A stretch of DNA of 64,000 bases from an uncultured virus (IMG/VR IMGVR_UViG_3300028897_000592) (Duplodnaviria > Heunggongvirae > Uroviricota > Caudoviricetes), in the IMG/VR virus record IMGVR_UViG_3300028897_000592; one strand, written 5' to 3'. Each line of letters opens with the position of its first letter. The stretch's first letter is position 1. The position numbers and the translations under genes are program-made. Below are positions 10,228-18,792 of the stretch, piece by piece. The notes beneath the pieces were generated by a model. The model did not search any database. It was not told the origin of the DNA and saw only the letters and a program-made list of their open reading frames with translations.

Positions 10228-10821
10228 TTACCCCAAATTCCTACTAATCCTTTTTATAAGTGGTAGACATTTCTCTTGTAATGTTGTGGTTCGGTTATCA
10301 GGGTCAGTATTAATACACTCTTTAATATTCTTTAAAAGATTCTCAACGTCGTCTTTAATTAATTCAGAAAGTTCCTTCTTCTTTTCTCGTCTCTCTAATA
10401 ATAATCTTTTACCTTCTTCTAACGCCTTAATAAAACCATCTATATGTTCAACATCTCGAATTATAAAATCTTCGTTACATTCTAAATAACCAGTACATAT
10501 AATTCGAAAAGAAGTTTTCAATCTAGCTTTTAGTACTCGATAATAGTGTACAAAAGTATTATTAAAGAAATAAACTACTGAAGATTTTATACTCGTTTTA
10601 AATTCTTTTTTAAACTTATCAAACCACAGAACATCTCTACGAATACCGTCATAATAATATACATCTTTATAGAAATTTAAAAAAATCATCTCAAGTTTTT
10701 TATCATACTCAATATCAATGTAAATATCATGGTCATTATTACCACAATCACAAGCGCAACGAAAAGTTATACTATCTTCATAATCTGAAACCAACATAAT
10801 ATTATTTGAAAATTGTTCCAC
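10228..10821 (-). CDS. hypothetical protein
   Basis: GTG start after an AAGGAG RBS. Confidence 0.6.
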   Translation of the reverse strand: MEQFSNNIMLVSDYEDSITFRCACDCGNNDHDIYIDIEYDKKLEMIFLNFYKDVYYYDGIRRDVLWFDKFKKEFKTSIKSSVVYFFNNTFVHYYRVLKARLKTSFRIICTGYLECNEDFIIRDVEHIDGFIKALEEGKRLLLERREKKKELSELIKDDVENLLKNIKECINTDPDNRTTTLQEKCLPLIKRISRNLG

Positions 10822-10834
10822 TATTAAACTCCTT

Positions 10835-10866
10835 AGATAAGGGTTATTATTAAATAACCCTTATCT
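10835..10866. repeat. perfect 14-bp inverted repeat (hairpin) after the vWA-peptidase gene
   Basis: agataagggttatt-atta-aataacccttatct. Confidence 0.8.
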
Positions 10867-10868
10867 CT

Positions 10869-12224
10869 TTATATTTGAACAATGTAACCAGTTTTATAAA
10901 CGTTACTTACAGTAGACCCTTCTCCTCCAATAACCCAAACTAGTTTTCTTGGAAGAAACTTCCTGGGTATTACATTAATGTCTTCACAACACCCATCAGA
11001 AAAACACAATGTAATATCAGTTTTCAACTCTCTACATCGTTCTAAACCAGGTCTAAGAACTGTTCCACACCTTCCAGTAATATTAAACTGGATATCTCTT
11101 AGTCTCTTTACTTCATATTCCTTGTTAACTCTAGCATCGTTTTCAAGAACAGTTACAAGACAATGTCGGTCGTTCTCGATCAAATTCTTAATTCCAGAAA
11201 GTCCTTCAAGAATATCTTCTTTTGTCATACTTCCAGAAGTGTCTAATAAAATACTAATCTTAAATGAAAAATCTCTAGTCTTTCCGGGAAAAGGTGAGAT
11301 AGCAGGAATATTCTGGTCTCCAATTACAAAAACGTAAGTCCGTTTCCTATTTACTTTTGTGAAAGACCTCTTAAATTTAGTAAACCTAGACCCCCTAACC
11401 AACTTCTTGATAATTTGATAGTAAGGTGCTTTTGGAGGAGCTAACATTTCTTGGATCAGTTCTTGAATATAACCAGGAAGATCTCCTCTATTTCTGTTGA
11501 AGGTCTTAGCTGACTCTTTTATTATATTCCCAACATAATTGTCCATCTTTCTAGATAAGGAACTTAAATCAGGGACATGTTCAATATTTTTTAACCACTT
11601 ACTATGGTCGTCAATCTGTCCACTCCCTTTCCCATCACTAGATCCCTCATTTCCTTTCTCACCACCAGATCCCTCATTTCCTTTCTCACCGCCAGATCCC
11701 TCACTTCTCTCTACATTTTTTCCAGATTTAGAACTACCTTTCCCACGTCTCTCTAACAACTTATGATAATAAAACTCCGCGATTTGATTATCTGGTAAAC
11801 CATGAAGTTTTGGAAATTGTAACATAATTGGTAAACCAGCAACAGTTATTGTTGGAGGAAGACTCGCCTGAGAATTTACACAACAATCTGCAGCAATATT
11901 CCACACAGCTATTTTCTTTCCTTTTTTCGACTCATTTAGTTCGTTTGAGATTAAACGTATTAATCGAGGAATATGTTTATTTAAAATATGACCACCCTCA
12001 TGTTCTATAACAACTTCCAATACATCATCTTCTGTTAGATCTATTAAACTTGGGTTATAATATAACGTTATTGTTGCGTCTGATTCAGGCGCTACACCCA
12101 TAATAGAAGGTAAACTTTCAGCTGGTCTTCTTCTAATCCTAGAAAATAAATAACCCCAGTAATTATTTTTCAAAACCATTCTTGCTACCATTTCTTTAAT
12201 TCTTTCATTTGTATTCATAACCAT
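10869..12224 (-). CDS. putative metallopeptidase with C-terminal vWA-like domain (DUF2201-type), partner of a MoxR-like AAA ATPase
   Basis: HEGGH zinc motif, WNIAADCCVN, IDDHSKW; vWA LLDTSGSM, CGT and FSDG. Confidence 0.85.
   Translation of the reverse strand: MVMNTNERIKEMVARMVLKNNYWGYLFSRIRRRPAESLPSIMGVAPESDATITLYYNPSLIDLTEDDVLEVVIEHEGGHILNKHIPRLIRLISNELNESKKGKKIAVWNIAADCCVNSQASLPPTITVAGLPIMLQFPKLHGLPDNQIAEFYYHKLLERRGKGSSKSGKNVERSEGSGGEKGNEGSGGEKGNEGSSDGKGSGQIDDHSKWLKNIEHVPDLSSLSRKMDNYVGNIIKESAKTFNRNRGDLPGYIQELIQEMLAPPKAPYYQIIKKLVRGSRFTKFKRSFTKVNRKRTYVFVIGDQNIPAISPFPGKTRDFSFKISILLDTSGSMTKEDILEGLSGIKNLIENDRHCLVTVLENDARVNKEYEVKRLRDIQFNITGRCGTVLRPGLERCRELKTDITLCFSDGCCEDINVIPRKFLPRKLVWVIGGEGSTVSNVYKTGYIVQI
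11641..11703 (-). repeat. 27-bp in-frame tandem repeat (~2.3 copies) encoding an EGSGGEKGN linker
   Basis: gatccctcatttcctttctcacc(a/g)cca repeated. Confidence 0.85.
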
Positions 12225-12238
12225 CCCAAAAATTAATA

Positions 12239-12266
12239 AGGGTCAGTTCTATTAAGAACTAACCCT
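12239..12266 (-). terminator. hairpin, possible terminator or processing site, between the AAA and vWA genes
   Basis: Minus strand AGGGUUAGUUCU-UAAU-AGAACUGACCCU followed by UAUUAAUUUUU. Confidence 0.55.
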
Positions 12267-12272
12267 ACATTA

Positions 12273-13490
12273 TTAATCTTTTCCAACTTCCACAATTGAG
12301 TCATAGAACTTCTTTTTATAAAGTGGGTTATTCATCAACTTACTGTGGATTCCAGTAACATATCTAAACTCTTCAGAACTTCTGTTGAAAGTATCGATCT
12401 GAGAAACAAAAATAGCAGCGATATCAATAGGAGCTGATGCAAGAAACTCAGCTACATTTCTTAATTCTTTCTCTCCATATTCAGGACGTGATGAAGTTAA
12501 AAATGTACAAAAACCCACCATCACCTCACCAAGTTTTGCATTATTTCCTTCCATATTTAACTTTTCGATTTGGCGTTTAACCTTCTCAAGATTAAAGAAG
12601 ATATCTTTTGGATTAATATCTTTCTGGTCTCTCATAAATTCCATAAACAACCTTGTTTTATTTACATTAAGCAAACCAGATGCAAGTGACTCAATCTCAG
12701 AATAATGAGCTGGAATTCCACCATTTAATTCAAACTTCCATAAATGGTCAGACAACTTCTCATAACTAGCAGGATTAGCATAAACCGCTCCAATTTTCTG
12801 AGATTGAAAGTCATACAAATAGTCAGGGTGAGTCTGGATGAACTCAACTACAAACCTATGAAATTTATTAGATATCGCATAACTTAAAAAGTCTGGAACA
12901 CTCACTTCTGCATAAATATGTAATTGTCGTCTAAGACCTGCTGCATCTTCTAACAAATCCATAGTGTATTCAGAGTCGTCTGGATTATCGATCGAGATAA
13001 CAAACCACTTCTTCGGAAACTGATATCTATGAACTGCATACTCATTCTGAACTTGCCAAAGAAGTTGTTGTAATGGATGATCACCTCTAGAGAACTCATC
13101 TATTACAAAAATCCCACAAGAATCTTCTCCCTTCGGAACGAAATCCGAATACAACATCTTAAAGCTACTTTCTCCTTCATTAACTACAGGGAAAGGGATA
13201 ATAAAATCATCTCGTGATAAAACAGGACTCTTAACCATAATAATGTCAAACTCTCTTCCCGTCTCTTGAGACAGCTCATTAACTATTTGAAAACAAATAG
13301 CAGTCTTTCCAACTCCAGCTGGTCCAATAATATGAAAACATTGTTTTTCTACTTGTCTTCCTTTTTCCCAAGCATTTAATGTATTCTTAATATCAGTTTT
13401 AACTAGTTCTTTAATTCTTCCAATCGACAAAACTGCAATATTCAATCTTTCAAAGTATTTAGTCTCTTCTATCTTCCCTTCTCGATCCAT
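12273..13490 (-). CDS. MoxR/dynein-related AAA+ ATPase
   Basis: GPAGVGKT Walker A, FVIDEFSR Walker B; adjacent to the vWA-peptidase gene. Confidence 0.85.
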   Translation of the reverse strand: MDREGKIEETKYFERLNIAVLSIGRIKELVKTDIKNTLNAWEKGRQVEKQCFHIIGPAGVGKTAICFQIVNELSQETGREFDIIMVKSPVLSRDDFIIPFPVVNEGESSFKMLYSDFVPKGEDSCGIFVIDEFSRGDHPLQQLLWQVQNEYAVHRYQFPKKWFVISIDNPDDSEYTMDLLEDAAGLRRQLHIYAEVSVPDFLSYAISNKFHRFVVEFIQTHPDYLYDFQSQKIGAVYANPASYEKLSDHLWKFELNGGIPAHYSEIESLASGLLNVNKTRLFMEFMRDQKDINPKDIFFNLEKVKRQIEKLNMEGNNAKLGEVMVGFCTFLTSSRPEYGEKELRNVAEFLASAPIDIAAIFVSQIDTFNRSSEEFRYVTGIHSKLMNNPLYKKKFYDSIVEVGKD

Positions 13491-13506
13491 TTAATACTCC
13501 ATGTTA

Positions 13507-14424
13507 TTAGAATTTAAATTCATCAAAATTGAAACTACTCTCTTGATCACCCTCTGGTTCTAATTTAGATGGTCCCTCAATGTCGTCAGTAGGAAATTGC
13601 TGATCTTCTGACAAGCTGCTAGAGGGTTCTTCTCCATAACCTGTAGAAGATGCTGTTCTTTTAGACCAATCAAACTTGTCATTAAATTTATCTAATGTTT
13701 TCTTTGAGACTTTCAGAACATCAATCACCATCTGTTTCGACAGTTTTTCTCCTGTTTGTAGATCGAAAACTGCTTTTACTCCGTGGGCAGAGTCAGCTTT
13801 ACCTGCAGTAATCTCTGTTACAAATCTCTTATTATTTACGACTGATCTCTCAAACTTCTTACTTTCTTCAGTTACTGGTTCAAAAATAGGTTCGAGATTT
13901 TCCATCTTAAACATGTCATTCAAATAGTTCGATACATTAGAATATTTGACTCCTTTACCACGAATAAATACGAAAACAGGTCTTCCTTCTTGAAGAACTG
14001 GCTTCCCCTTTGAGTCACAATAGATTCCAGCTACAATAATTTGAGATCTACAAAGGCTACAATAATCATTAGCAGCTCTTTCTGCTGAATTAATTCCACA
14101 AAGTCGTCCACTTGTACCTTTCCATGGCTGGACAGACTTATAACAAAAACAGTCTACCGACTCACGTCCCTGGTTATTAACAGTTATCCTTGCTAAGATC
14201 TCTTTTACATTTGTTATAACCATGTTAACTTCACTTAAATTATACTCAACTCCTCTTATTTGTATCTTGCCAGCCTCCTCTATAATTCCAATATGATTTT
14301 TTCTAGACTGACCAGCAACGTAAACCGAATGAAAATATTCTTCCTCTGGTTTTAAGGGTTCTTTACTTTCAAAAGAAGTTGCAGTTAGATCAGTATAATC
14401 GTCAATACGTACTTCATCACTCAT
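13507..14424 (-). CDS. putative single-stranded DNA-binding or recombination protein
   Basis: Very acidic C-terminal tail ending FNFDEFKF; Cys cluster; replication context. Confidence 0.45.
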   Translation of the reverse strand: MSDEVRIDDYTDLTATSFESKEPLKPEEEYFHSVYVAGQSRKNHIGIIEEAGKIQIRGVEYNLSEVNMVITNVKEILARITVNNQGRESVDCFCYKSVQPWKGTSGRLCGINSAERAANDYCSLCRSQIIVAGIYCDSKGKPVLQEGRPVFVFIRGKGVKYSNVSNYLNDMFKMENLEPIFEPVTEESKKFERSVVNNKRFVTEITAGKADSAHGVKAVFDLQTGEKLSKQMVIDVLKVSKKTLDKFNDKFDWSKRTASSTGYGEEPSSSLSEDQQFPTDDIEGPSKLEPEGDQESSFNFDEFKF

Positions 14425-14819
14425 TCTTTTTTTCCTCCCGTTAATCTTTTTAGTTTTGAAGATATTTTTTTAAGTTTCCGGTCTAATACACCCTTAATGT
14501 TTAATAAACTTTTTGTTTCTTTTGTTTTATTCTTCGACCTCCTCCTCTTTTTGTGTTCTTTATTCAAGATTTCATAAAGTTCATTACCATTTCGTATACC
14601 ATCAACAAAATCTAGTACTTCCGGATATCTTCTAAGAAAACTTCCTGCTGTTTCATCACTTCTCAAAAGAAGTAAATCTAATTTAAAAAGAAGAAGTTTC
14701 TTCCCAGAAATTTCCGAAAACATTTTTTTCTTATGATACTTTGATCCTTCTTCACAAAACTCTCTACAAGCAGTTTGAAGAAGGCAAGTTCTACACGGAT
14801 CTTCTTCAATTTCACTCAT
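14421..14819 (-). CDS. PCxxC-x5-C-x3-C family Cys-cluster protein
   Basis: DPCRTCLLQTACREFC. Confidence 0.6.
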   Translation of the reverse strand: MSEIEEDPCRTCLLQTACREFCEEGSKYHKKKMFSEISGKKLLLFKLDLLLLRSDETAGSFLRRYPEVLDFVDGIRNGNELYEILNKEHKKRRRSKNKTKETKSLLNIKGVLDRKLKKISSKLKRLTGGKKE

Positions 14820-14852
14820 AACATCCTCTCAAATCTTAAGAAAAACTAATTA

Positions 14853-15437
14853 TTAATTATTTGGTACTAAACACCAGTTAGAACCATTCCTATCTTCTGG
14901 TAATGTAACTATTGAAAACTCACTATTAAACCAACATTTCATATTTTGATCAAGAAGTTCACTAGAAATGAACTCCCTTATCGTTTTGTATTTTGGTAAA
15001 TCTTCCAAACTCGGGTCTTCAAGAGTTACTGGATTTATTTTTCTAACCTTAGAATCTGTAATCTCACCACTTATCAGTTTTGGATGTGGACAATATACAA
15101 TGACTAACCTTTTCCCCACCATTCGAAATATCTCATTCTTAAAAAAGAACACATTAGTATCTAAATCAAACGCAACCTTGTCTCCAGTAAGGACTCGTTC
15201 AATCGAAGTATGTTGTCTACATAAAACTTTTTCAGCCTCTTTCTCTTTACAAGCTTCACAATCACTATTGTCAAGCTGATATTTGGTCCCCCTGATTTCA
15301 AAATCTCTATCAGCAGCTTTTGAAAAATAAGAAAGTATTCTTCTTTTATTCAAAAGGAACTTTACAATTGTAATTGGAAAAACCTCGCAATCCAAGCGTT
15401 CAATAAACTTCTCAGTAGAAACTTGTTTCATCTTCAC
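14853..15437 (-). CDS. hypothetical protein (CxxC...CxxH)
   Basis: 194-aa ORF. Confidence 0.6.
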   Translation of the reverse strand: MKMKQVSTEKFIERLDCEVFPITIVKFLLNKRRILSYFSKAADRDFEIRGTKYQLDNSDCEACKEKEAEKVLCRQHTSIERVLTGDKVAFDLDTNVFFFKNEIFRMVGKRLVIVYCPHPKLISGEITDSKVRKINPVTLEDPSLEDLPKYKTIREFISSELLDQNMKCWFNSEFSIVTLPEDRNGSNWCLVPNN

Positions 15438-15483
15438 CTCTTAATTTTTTAGTTTCTGTAACAAAAAACCACATAAAGAATTT

Positions 15484-15550
15484 GTGACCGTTGACAAACA
15501 TGTACACCTCGTTCTTCAAAGTACGAGATATACGCGTTGTCAACGGTCAC
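15484..15550 (-). ncRNA. long RNA hairpin (67 nt) downstream of the Ro60-like/ARPP operon
   Basis: 14-bp perfect stem GTGACCGTTGACAA/TTGTCAACGGTCAC, plus a further ~13-bp inner stem whose G-U wobbles form only on the minus strand. Confidence 0.6.
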
Positions 15551-15621
15551 TATATAGGACAGGGACGATGCAGATATCTTCTATTTTAATACAAGTACAT
15601 GCCAGTGCAAACAATAACAGA

Positions 15622-15783
15622 CTATTGCTGCTTCGACACGTCATCTTCTTTTAGTTCACGTGGAACTCTAACTCCAATAAGATTAGCAACTTTTATCAGT
15701 ATTTGGACGTCGCATTTTCTTAAGAAATCTTCAATCCTTCTTCTTAATTTCTTTATTTGAGTCTCTCGATCAGGTTTAGACAT
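15622..15783 (-). CDS. small basic protein, 53 aa (not in ORF track)
   Basis: GGAGG RBS; MSKPDRETQIKKLRRRIEDFLRKCDVQILIKVANLIGVRVPRELKEDDVSKQQ. Confidence 0.75.
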   Translation of the reverse strand: MSKPDRETQIKKLRRRIEDFLRKCDVQILIKVANLIGVRVPRELKEDDVSKQQ

Positions 15784-15802
15784 TTTAAACCTCCATAATA
15801 AA

Positions 15803-16762
15803 CTAAATTATCATGGAGAGATAAATTGGTTCTTTCTCCTCAAGTACCAAATCTCCTCCACCTGACTGAGTTCTGACAAGTTTCGTAAATATTGGAGCTT
15901 TTTCAGAACGTCCAGTATCTAAAGAACGTTTAATTCCTATTGAGTCAAGAACAGAAACAAAATTCTGTTTTAAGTTCGTCATAAAGTCATCTAGTATTGC
16001 ACTAACCTTCGTAAGATCTTCCGACAACGGAGGAATTAAAATAGAATAAGGACTGACCTCGTTTAGGAATTTCAAACGAATTAACTCAGAAGAATAACAA
16101 CCTCGAATTAACCATTTCCAGTAAGTAAACCAATGAAGTCGCGTTGGCATTATTTCAAGACCAACGGGAACTCCACTAAAAAATATAAACGCTCCAATTT
16201 GGTTATCTACTGGTTCAAACTCAGCTGCATTTTCTTCAAGTACTTGTTTATACTCATCAAAGAAGAATCTCAAATGAGCATATTGAGAAGATATATTTGG
16301 AACTCCATACAACCATTGCTTTATACTTGGCCAAAGTTTTGAATAATTACGATCAACACGTAACGCAGGGTCTAAAAGAGTACGTCGTAATGAAACTGGA
16401 AGAACTTCTTCTTCATTTTCCTCATCACTAAGATACCCTCCCTGTGTTTCTTCTATACAACAAGCATTATCAAAACTTCTCCTTGTTGCAGATTCAATAA
16501 TACCCACTGAACTCATAGCATGATCTTGTGCAGCTCTACCTCTGACCATACTATTCGTTGGAACGATCCCATCAAACTCAGGATCTAAATTTTCATACTC
16601 CATAGTTCCATAAGTAGAAGTTCTTCTAAACTGAATATTCTCAGGTCTAGTAACATTCTTTGTTCTATCAAGCCCAAGAATAGGAACTACAGTCATTTCT
16701 TGTACTGATTGTATATTGCCGATGTCTACATCACTGAAACCCAAAGTATCAAATATACTCAT
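15803..16762 (-). CDS. ARPP-like protein (ARG- and rhodanese-phosphatase-associated domain family)
   Basis: MTVVPIL, AQDHA, ACCIEETQGG and EFEPVDNQIGAFIF motifs recalled from ARPP-family proteins; ATGA overlap with the upstream vWA gene. Confidence 0.55.
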   Translation of the reverse strand: MSIFDTLGFSDVDIGNIQSVQEMTVVPILGLDRTKNVTRPENIQFRRTSTYGTMEYENLDPEFDGIVPTNSMVRGRAAQDHAMSSVGIIESATRRSFDNACCIEETQGGYLSDEENEEEVLPVSLRRTLLDPALRVDRNYSKLWPSIKQWLYGVPNISSQYAHLRFFFDEYKQVLEENAAEFEPVDNQIGAFIFFSGVPVGLEIMPTRLHWFTYWKWLIRGCYSSELIRLKFLNEVSPYSILIPPLSEDLTKVSAILDDFMTNLKQNFVSVLDSIGIKRSLDTGRSEKAPIFTKLVRTQSGGGDLVLEEKEPIYLSMII

Positions 16763-18279
16763 TTAGTACCTCCGATCATCTTATGATACTTTCCAACTAA
16801 GATATTTTTCACTACTTCACGATTCTCAACCATTTGACTAAAAATAATTTCTGTTTCAAGAAACTTATAATCTGAAACGGCAAGGGGTTTAATATCCTCA
16901 GTAATCTTTCTAACTGTTCCAGTCCTAGCGTCGGCTGCAAAAACTGGATTAATATGAATTAATTTAAATTCTAAACCTAAGTCCCTAAAATGACGATAAA
17001 CATGGTCAAACATACCACTAATAGAGTTCTCATAACCATCGCTAATTACAACGATAGTTTCTGGTTTCATAAGAACAGCCTCAACAAGACCCCGCCATAA
17101 AGCAGTGTCTCCAGACGGAACTGCCACAGAAGGAACTTTCTCAGATGGAATAGATACTCGTTTTCCACCTACATAAACTACCAACGACACTTTATCAATC
17201 ATAGAAACAATTGATAACGAAGTTAAGAATGGATGAAGTTTTCTTTCTTCACTTCCATACATTGAAGCAGACGCATCGAGAACTATAACTGTTTCTCCTA
17301 AGTCAATTTTATCAGACTTCTTCGCTTTTTGGTCAATAGCATCTATAATATCGTTAATATTTTCAATTTCTCCAGAAAAAACTTTGAAATAGAAAGACTT
17401 CCACAAGTCATAAATATCTTGAGACTTATAGTCTACTTCTATTTTGGCACCAACCCTTTTAGCAGCTGACTCCATCTGGAGTTTCTTACGGTCCGTCATC
17501 ACTGATTCTTCCATAATCTCACTTAATGGAATATCAAGGTTGTAGCTATTTCTAAAACCGACAACTACTTCATACGGCAAATCTTTCATCGACTCTTTAA
17601 ACTTTTCTATATCGTTCTCATCACTCGCAGTTCGTAACATCCGATATGCTTCAATATGAGGATAATGAAAATTACTTTCAATTGGTCCTCTATTGAATAA
17701 ATGAAAGACAACTGGATAAGCAACATCTGACCCACTATATCTCCCAATATACTTATTAAATACTCGCACATTTCCATTTAGAACTTCATAAAGATCTTGC
17801 CATCCAAGTGCATGACGAACTAACTTAGCAAGTTTCTTTTTATATTTTACTGCTAACCAATCTAAAGACTTTTGGTCTCGATTAAATATATATTCTAAGA
17901 TAACTTTCTTGGTTCTATTATTATTTACCCGTCTTTGACCCTCCTCTCCAGTTAAAAATAAAAGGTTTTTTAAAGCTCTAGGTACTTTTTCTCTTAATAA
18001 ATTGAAAAGTATTACCTCCGATTCAAATAAGTTAGTCAGACCATAAGGAACTAAATCAGTAGTAGCTTGGTCTGTTGAAAGTGGAGTAGATAACATCATA
18101 TGTGACATCATTCCTTTTGAATAACCAGTTCCACTTAATAAAGTAGTGAGACCAAATAAAAGTCTATCGTAACTAAATAAATCTACCCACATATTACGTA
18201 CTCTTTGGAACTGTTCACTTGAGTCTTCATAATACTGACCTTTCTTAACGAACTGAAGAATCCCTGAATCAATATTCAC
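16759..18279 (-). CDS. Ro60/TROVE-like protein: helical N-terminal region plus C-terminal vWA domain
   Basis: vWA MIDAS VIVLDASASM, GDT, VVISDGYEN; 506 aa with a basic helical N-terminal part; ncRNA array directly upstream. Confidence 0.65.
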   Translation of the reverse strand: MNIDSGILQFVKKGQYYEDSSEQFQRVRNMWVDLFSYDRLLFGLTTLLSGTGYSKGMMSHMMLSTPLSTDQATTDLVPYGLTNLFESEVILFNLLREKVPRALKNLLFLTGEEGQRRVNNNRTKKVILEYIFNRDQKSLDWLAVKYKKKLAKLVRHALGWQDLYEVLNGNVRVFNKYIGRYSGSDVAYPVVFHLFNRGPIESNFHYPHIEAYRMLRTASDENDIEKFKESMKDLPYEVVVGFRNSYNLDIPLSEIMEESVMTDRKKLQMESAAKRVGAKIEVDYKSQDIYDLWKSFYFKVFSGEIENINDIIDAIDQKAKKSDKIDLGETVIVLDASASMYGSEERKLHPFLTSLSIVSMIDKVSLVVYVGGKRVSIPSEKVPSVAVPSGDTALWRGLVEAVLMKPETIVVISDGYENSISGMFDHVYRHFRDLGLEFKLIHINPVFAADARTGTVRKITEDIKPLAVSDYKFLETEIIFSQMVENREVVKNILVGKYHKMIGGTK

Positions 18280-18382
18280 GTTTCTCTCCTTCTATTAAAA
18301 GTTAACAACGTACTAAACCCTTATATGTTTTTCTTCAAGAAAAAAAGTAACCATACAGTTCCTCTAAGGTTAATCTTTTGTA

Positions 18383-18445
18383 GAGAGAAGAGATTATTGT
18401 AGATCATAATCCGAAGATGTCTGAACCTACAATAAGTCTTCTCTC
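18383..18445 (-). ncRNA. array unit 4 (Y-RNA-like stem, cUUCGg apical loop)
   Basis: GAGAGAAGA/UCUUCUCUC stem, UUAUUGUAGG/UCUACAAUAA stem, AUC-UUCG-GAU; carries GAAGACUU...UUCAG. Confidence 0.75.
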
Positions 18446-18455
18446 ATTTTAAAAA

Positions 18456-18526
18456 AATTAGAAGTAATAGTTATGATCTTCTTGGTATCCCTGCACGAGA
18501 CTGAAATCATAACAAGTCTTCTAATT
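18456..18526 (-). ncRNA. array unit 3 (Y-RNA-like stem)
   Basis: AAUUAGAAG/CUUCUAAUU and GUUAUGAU/AUCAUAAC stems; carries GAAGACUU...UUCAG. Confidence 0.75.
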
Positions 18527-18537
18527 AAAGTTTTAAA

Positions 18538-18643
18538 TCTGGAAGAAGAAGATGTGACAAATAAACAGGAATTAAACCTGCAATACACTTTATCAGAGTG
18601 TTGTTCAATCATGAACATCAGAAGTCATACCAAGTCTTCCAGA
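18538..18643 (-). ncRNA. array unit 2 (Y-RNA-like stem with a tRNA-like apical domain)
   Basis: UCUGGAAGA/UCUUCCAGA stem; D-like, anticodon-like (CUGAUAA) and T-like (GCAGG-UUUAAUU-CCUGU) arms. Confidence 0.78.
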
Positions 18644-18657
18644 CAAAATTTTCTTCT

Positions 18658-18737
18658 TTACCTAAAAGAGAAAAATGTAGTCAAACAAACAAATATGCGG
18701 ATTTGTAATCTGGATCTACACTAAGTCTTCTAGGTAA
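18658..18737 (-). ncRNA. array unit 1 (Y-RNA-like stem)
   Basis: UUACCUAGAAGA/UCUUUUAGGUAA and AGUGUAG/CUACAUU stems; carries GAAGACUU...UCCAG. Confidence 0.72.
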
Positions 18738-18792
18738 GAAATCTAATGGAGGCTCATCATAAAAATATCAAAACCTACTTCCTAATCAAATA

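Noticed and set aside
11641..11703. 27-bp tandem repeat as a regulatory or contingency locus
   Set aside because: It is an in-frame low-complexity Gly/Ser/Glu linker typical of this protein family.
18301..18380. Possible fifth array unit
   Set aside because: Some pairing is possible (AACCUUA/UAAGGGUU and UUUUUCUU/AAGAAAAA), but the GAAGACUU...CWG consensus is missing; it may simply be a leader structure.
18427..18724. ORFs 18427..18618 (-) and 18473..18724 (+) from the track
   Set aside because: They have no convincing RBS or protein features, and they overlap the structured RNA array, which explains the sequence better.
18383..18737. CRISPR array interpretation of the repeats
   Set aside because: The repeats are degenerate, unit lengths vary (63-106 nt), and each repeat pairs with the far side of its variable region. 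There is no cas operon; the Cas4-like gene is a typical stand-alone phage nuclease 20 kb away.
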